From assembly GCF_030013205.1 (NCBI RefSeq), contig NZ_CP122648.1: a DNA stretch of 64,000 nucleotides, one strand, 5' to 3'. How positions within the stretch are numbered: the stretch's first letter is position 1; each line of letters opens with the position of its first letter. Made by a program: the position numbers and the translations under genes. The notes beneath the pieces are model-generated. The model was given only the letters and a program-made list of their open reading frames with translations, searched no databases and was not told the DNA's origin. This stretch comes from Escherichia coli. GTDB lineage: Bacteria; Pseudomonadota; Gammaproteobacteria; Enterobacterales; Enterobacteriaceae. This document shows, one piece after another, positions 62,398-64,000 of the stretch.

Positions 62398-62969
62398 TGC
62401 AGATTAAAGATATTAAAAACCCTCGTTACCTGGAATCTGGCGCGATTGACTGCGAGGTGCTTTTGGAAGGGATGGATGAAGCCGTTCCCTACACAGCCAC
62501 GCCAGAAGACACAGCAACAACAGGCCAGAAAATTTGGCAGGAGCTGCAAAGCGGCAAATGGGGCGAAATCGCCCCGTTCACCGTCACGCCGGAACTTATC
62601 GCTGCGGCAAAAGATGCCAAAAAGCGGGAAATCGAGGCGTGGCGTACAGAACAGGAAGCACTGCCGTTCACGTTCGAATGGAACGGTCGCACCTGGAACG
62701 CTGGCCCCGACTCAATGGCCCGTCTTTATCCGGTAGTAATGGCGGCGAAATCTGACACGGCGCGGGACGTTATGGCGTGGGGTGACGTCGATAATCAACA
62801 GGTGAGACTGTCAATGCCGGAACTGGAAGAACTGGCGACAGCAATGGCGCAGGCACAGGTCGATCGCAATGACGAGATTTATCGCCGTCAGCGACAGATG
62901 AAGGACGTGCTGGATAGCCTTAATAATCTTGCCGACATCCGCGCTTTTCAGGCTGGAGAGTCAGAATGA
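62394..62969 (+). CDS. Tail fibre assembly chaperone 2
   Basis: 191-aa ORF translationally coupled to tail fibre 2; acidic, Tfa-like. Confidence 0.6.
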   Translation: MMQIKDIKNPRYLESGAIDCEVLLEGMDEAVPYTATPEDTATTGQKIWQELQSGKWGEIAPFTVTPELIAAAKDAKKREIEAWRTEQEALPFTFEWNGRTWNAGPDSMARLYPVVMAAKSDTARDVMAWGDVDNQQVRLSMPELEELATAMAQAQVDRNDEIYRRQRQMKDVLDSLNNLADIRAFQAGESE

Positions 62970-63679
62970 AATGGGAAAAGGCAATTCTGCGCCCGTCAGC
63001 CATGAACATTAAATGCTCTGTGGTTTGCCTTCATCCATGGTCAGAAAATACCGGAAACATCAAACCATCGGGGCGTTATCTCAGCCCCGAAAATGCTGTA
63101 TCTGCACTTTTACCCTATCTGAAAGAAAGCACAGAAAAAGACATTGTGGCGCTGTTGTTTTGCGCTCCTTCTGCTGGCGAGTTTTTATCACTCACCAGAC
63201 AATTTTCATGTGCATTTCCGTTGCCAGAGGTGGGACGAATGTCCCGCATGATATCCAGTCAGCTTTCGCTGGCCATCAGCAAAATGCAAATCCCCGCCAG
63301 ACCGGTAACAGCACTTCCGGAACCAATAACGCTGTCGACACAGACCACTCGCAGCATGTCACTGGCGGCAACCATTGCGCAGGCAGCCACTCCTGCCGCC
63401 ATATCACCGGAAACACTGTCATCATCACTGCGCCAGTTCATGAATGCGAGAGATAAAGCACTACAGGAAATCGCCGATCAGCAGGCCGCGCTCCGGCAGA
63501 AATTTTGCCCGGTGTGGCGTTTTTGCTGCAAAGGAGCCCTGAGCCAGGCCGCCGCGCTGATACAAAAAAACATTCCACACCCGGAGTGGGTTTTTACAGC
63601 TGTGATGCTGTTCGTCGGCGATGATCTCTCATCACTAAGGGAAGCACTACATGACCCAGATGATTGTCCTTGCGCTTGA
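62966..63679 (+). CDS. Hypothetical protein downstream of the tail-fibre cassette
   Basis: 237-aa ORF with ATGA overlap to the upstream gene; Cys-containing, Ser/Ala/Leu-rich; no family recognised. Confidence 0.35.
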   Translation: MKWEKAILRPSAMNIKCSVVCLHPWSENTGNIKPSGRYLSPENAVSALLPYLKESTEKDIVALLFCAPSAGEFLSLTRQFSCAFPLPEVGRMSRMISSQLSLAISKMQIPARPVTALPEPITLSTQTTRSMSLAATIAQAATPAAISPETLSSSLRQFMNARDKALQEIADQQAALRQKFCPVWRFCCKGALSQAAALIQKNIPHPEWVFTAVMLFVGDDLSSLREALHDPDDCPCA

Positions 63680-64000
63680 CGGGGAAGCCATTCTGCTGCG
63701 CAACATCACCGTCAGCGCCACCATGCAACTACCGGACAAAGATATGTCCGGACAGTCAACCAGCACCACGAGCGCCCAGCAGGGAAACAAGGCTAAAGAG
63801 CTGCGCGTTTCGGGGGTTATTGATTTTAACGATGAAGCCATTCTGACCCGTATTTTTCAGCTTGCGGAAGCAACAGAAAGCAACGGCGCTAAAAAAACAT
63901 ATCGCATTGCTAACGCTACCGCGAAGGCAATCAATATGCGACAGGGGATATTTTCTGGTGGCATTGATGCCACGGAACAACAGGGAAAAATGCACTGGCA
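63650..64000 (+). CDS. Hypothetical phage protein, 3'-truncated by the window end
   Basis: Open frame from ATG at about 63650 to the window end (MTQMIVLALDGEAILLRNITVSATMQ...). Confidence 0.35.

Overview
Enterobacterial (E. coli-like) chromosomal window in three blocks. All identifications are from reading the ORF-track translations and DNA by eye and from recalled protein families; no searches or computations were run. (1) 1-15.4 kb: an AT-rich genomic island at the 3' end of ssrA with a P4/IntA-type integrase. It carries two IS1 copies flanking an ankyrin-repeat gene, a type I restriction-modification operon (hsdM-hsdS-hsdR, hsdR frameshifted), an IS2-like transposase remnant, and a tightly packed three-gene module (large serine recombinase plus two tandem ParB-family genes) that I cannot assign to any named system. 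This module is my best candidate for an undescribed system. (2) 15.5-33.9 kb: conserved core backbone ssrA-smpB-ratAB-bamE-recN-nadK-grpE-yfjD-ypjD-ffh-rpsP-rimM-trmD-rplS-yfiB-dgcN-yfiR-yfiL-aroF-tyrA-pheA-pheL, with dgcN (yfiN) interrupted by an in-frame amber codon. (3) 34.0-64 kb: a P2-like prophage inserted upstream of pheL. It has P2-like int-C-cox, a gpA-like replication initiator, and a P2-like portal/terminase/capsid block, but a non-P2 tail module with an embedded lysis cassette and two tandem tail-fibre/chaperone pairs. Between gpA and the ogr-like gene sits a cargo slot with a ParM/ParR partition cassette, upstream palindromic repeats and an Rrf2-family regulator. No CRISPR array, rRNA or tRNA gene was found.
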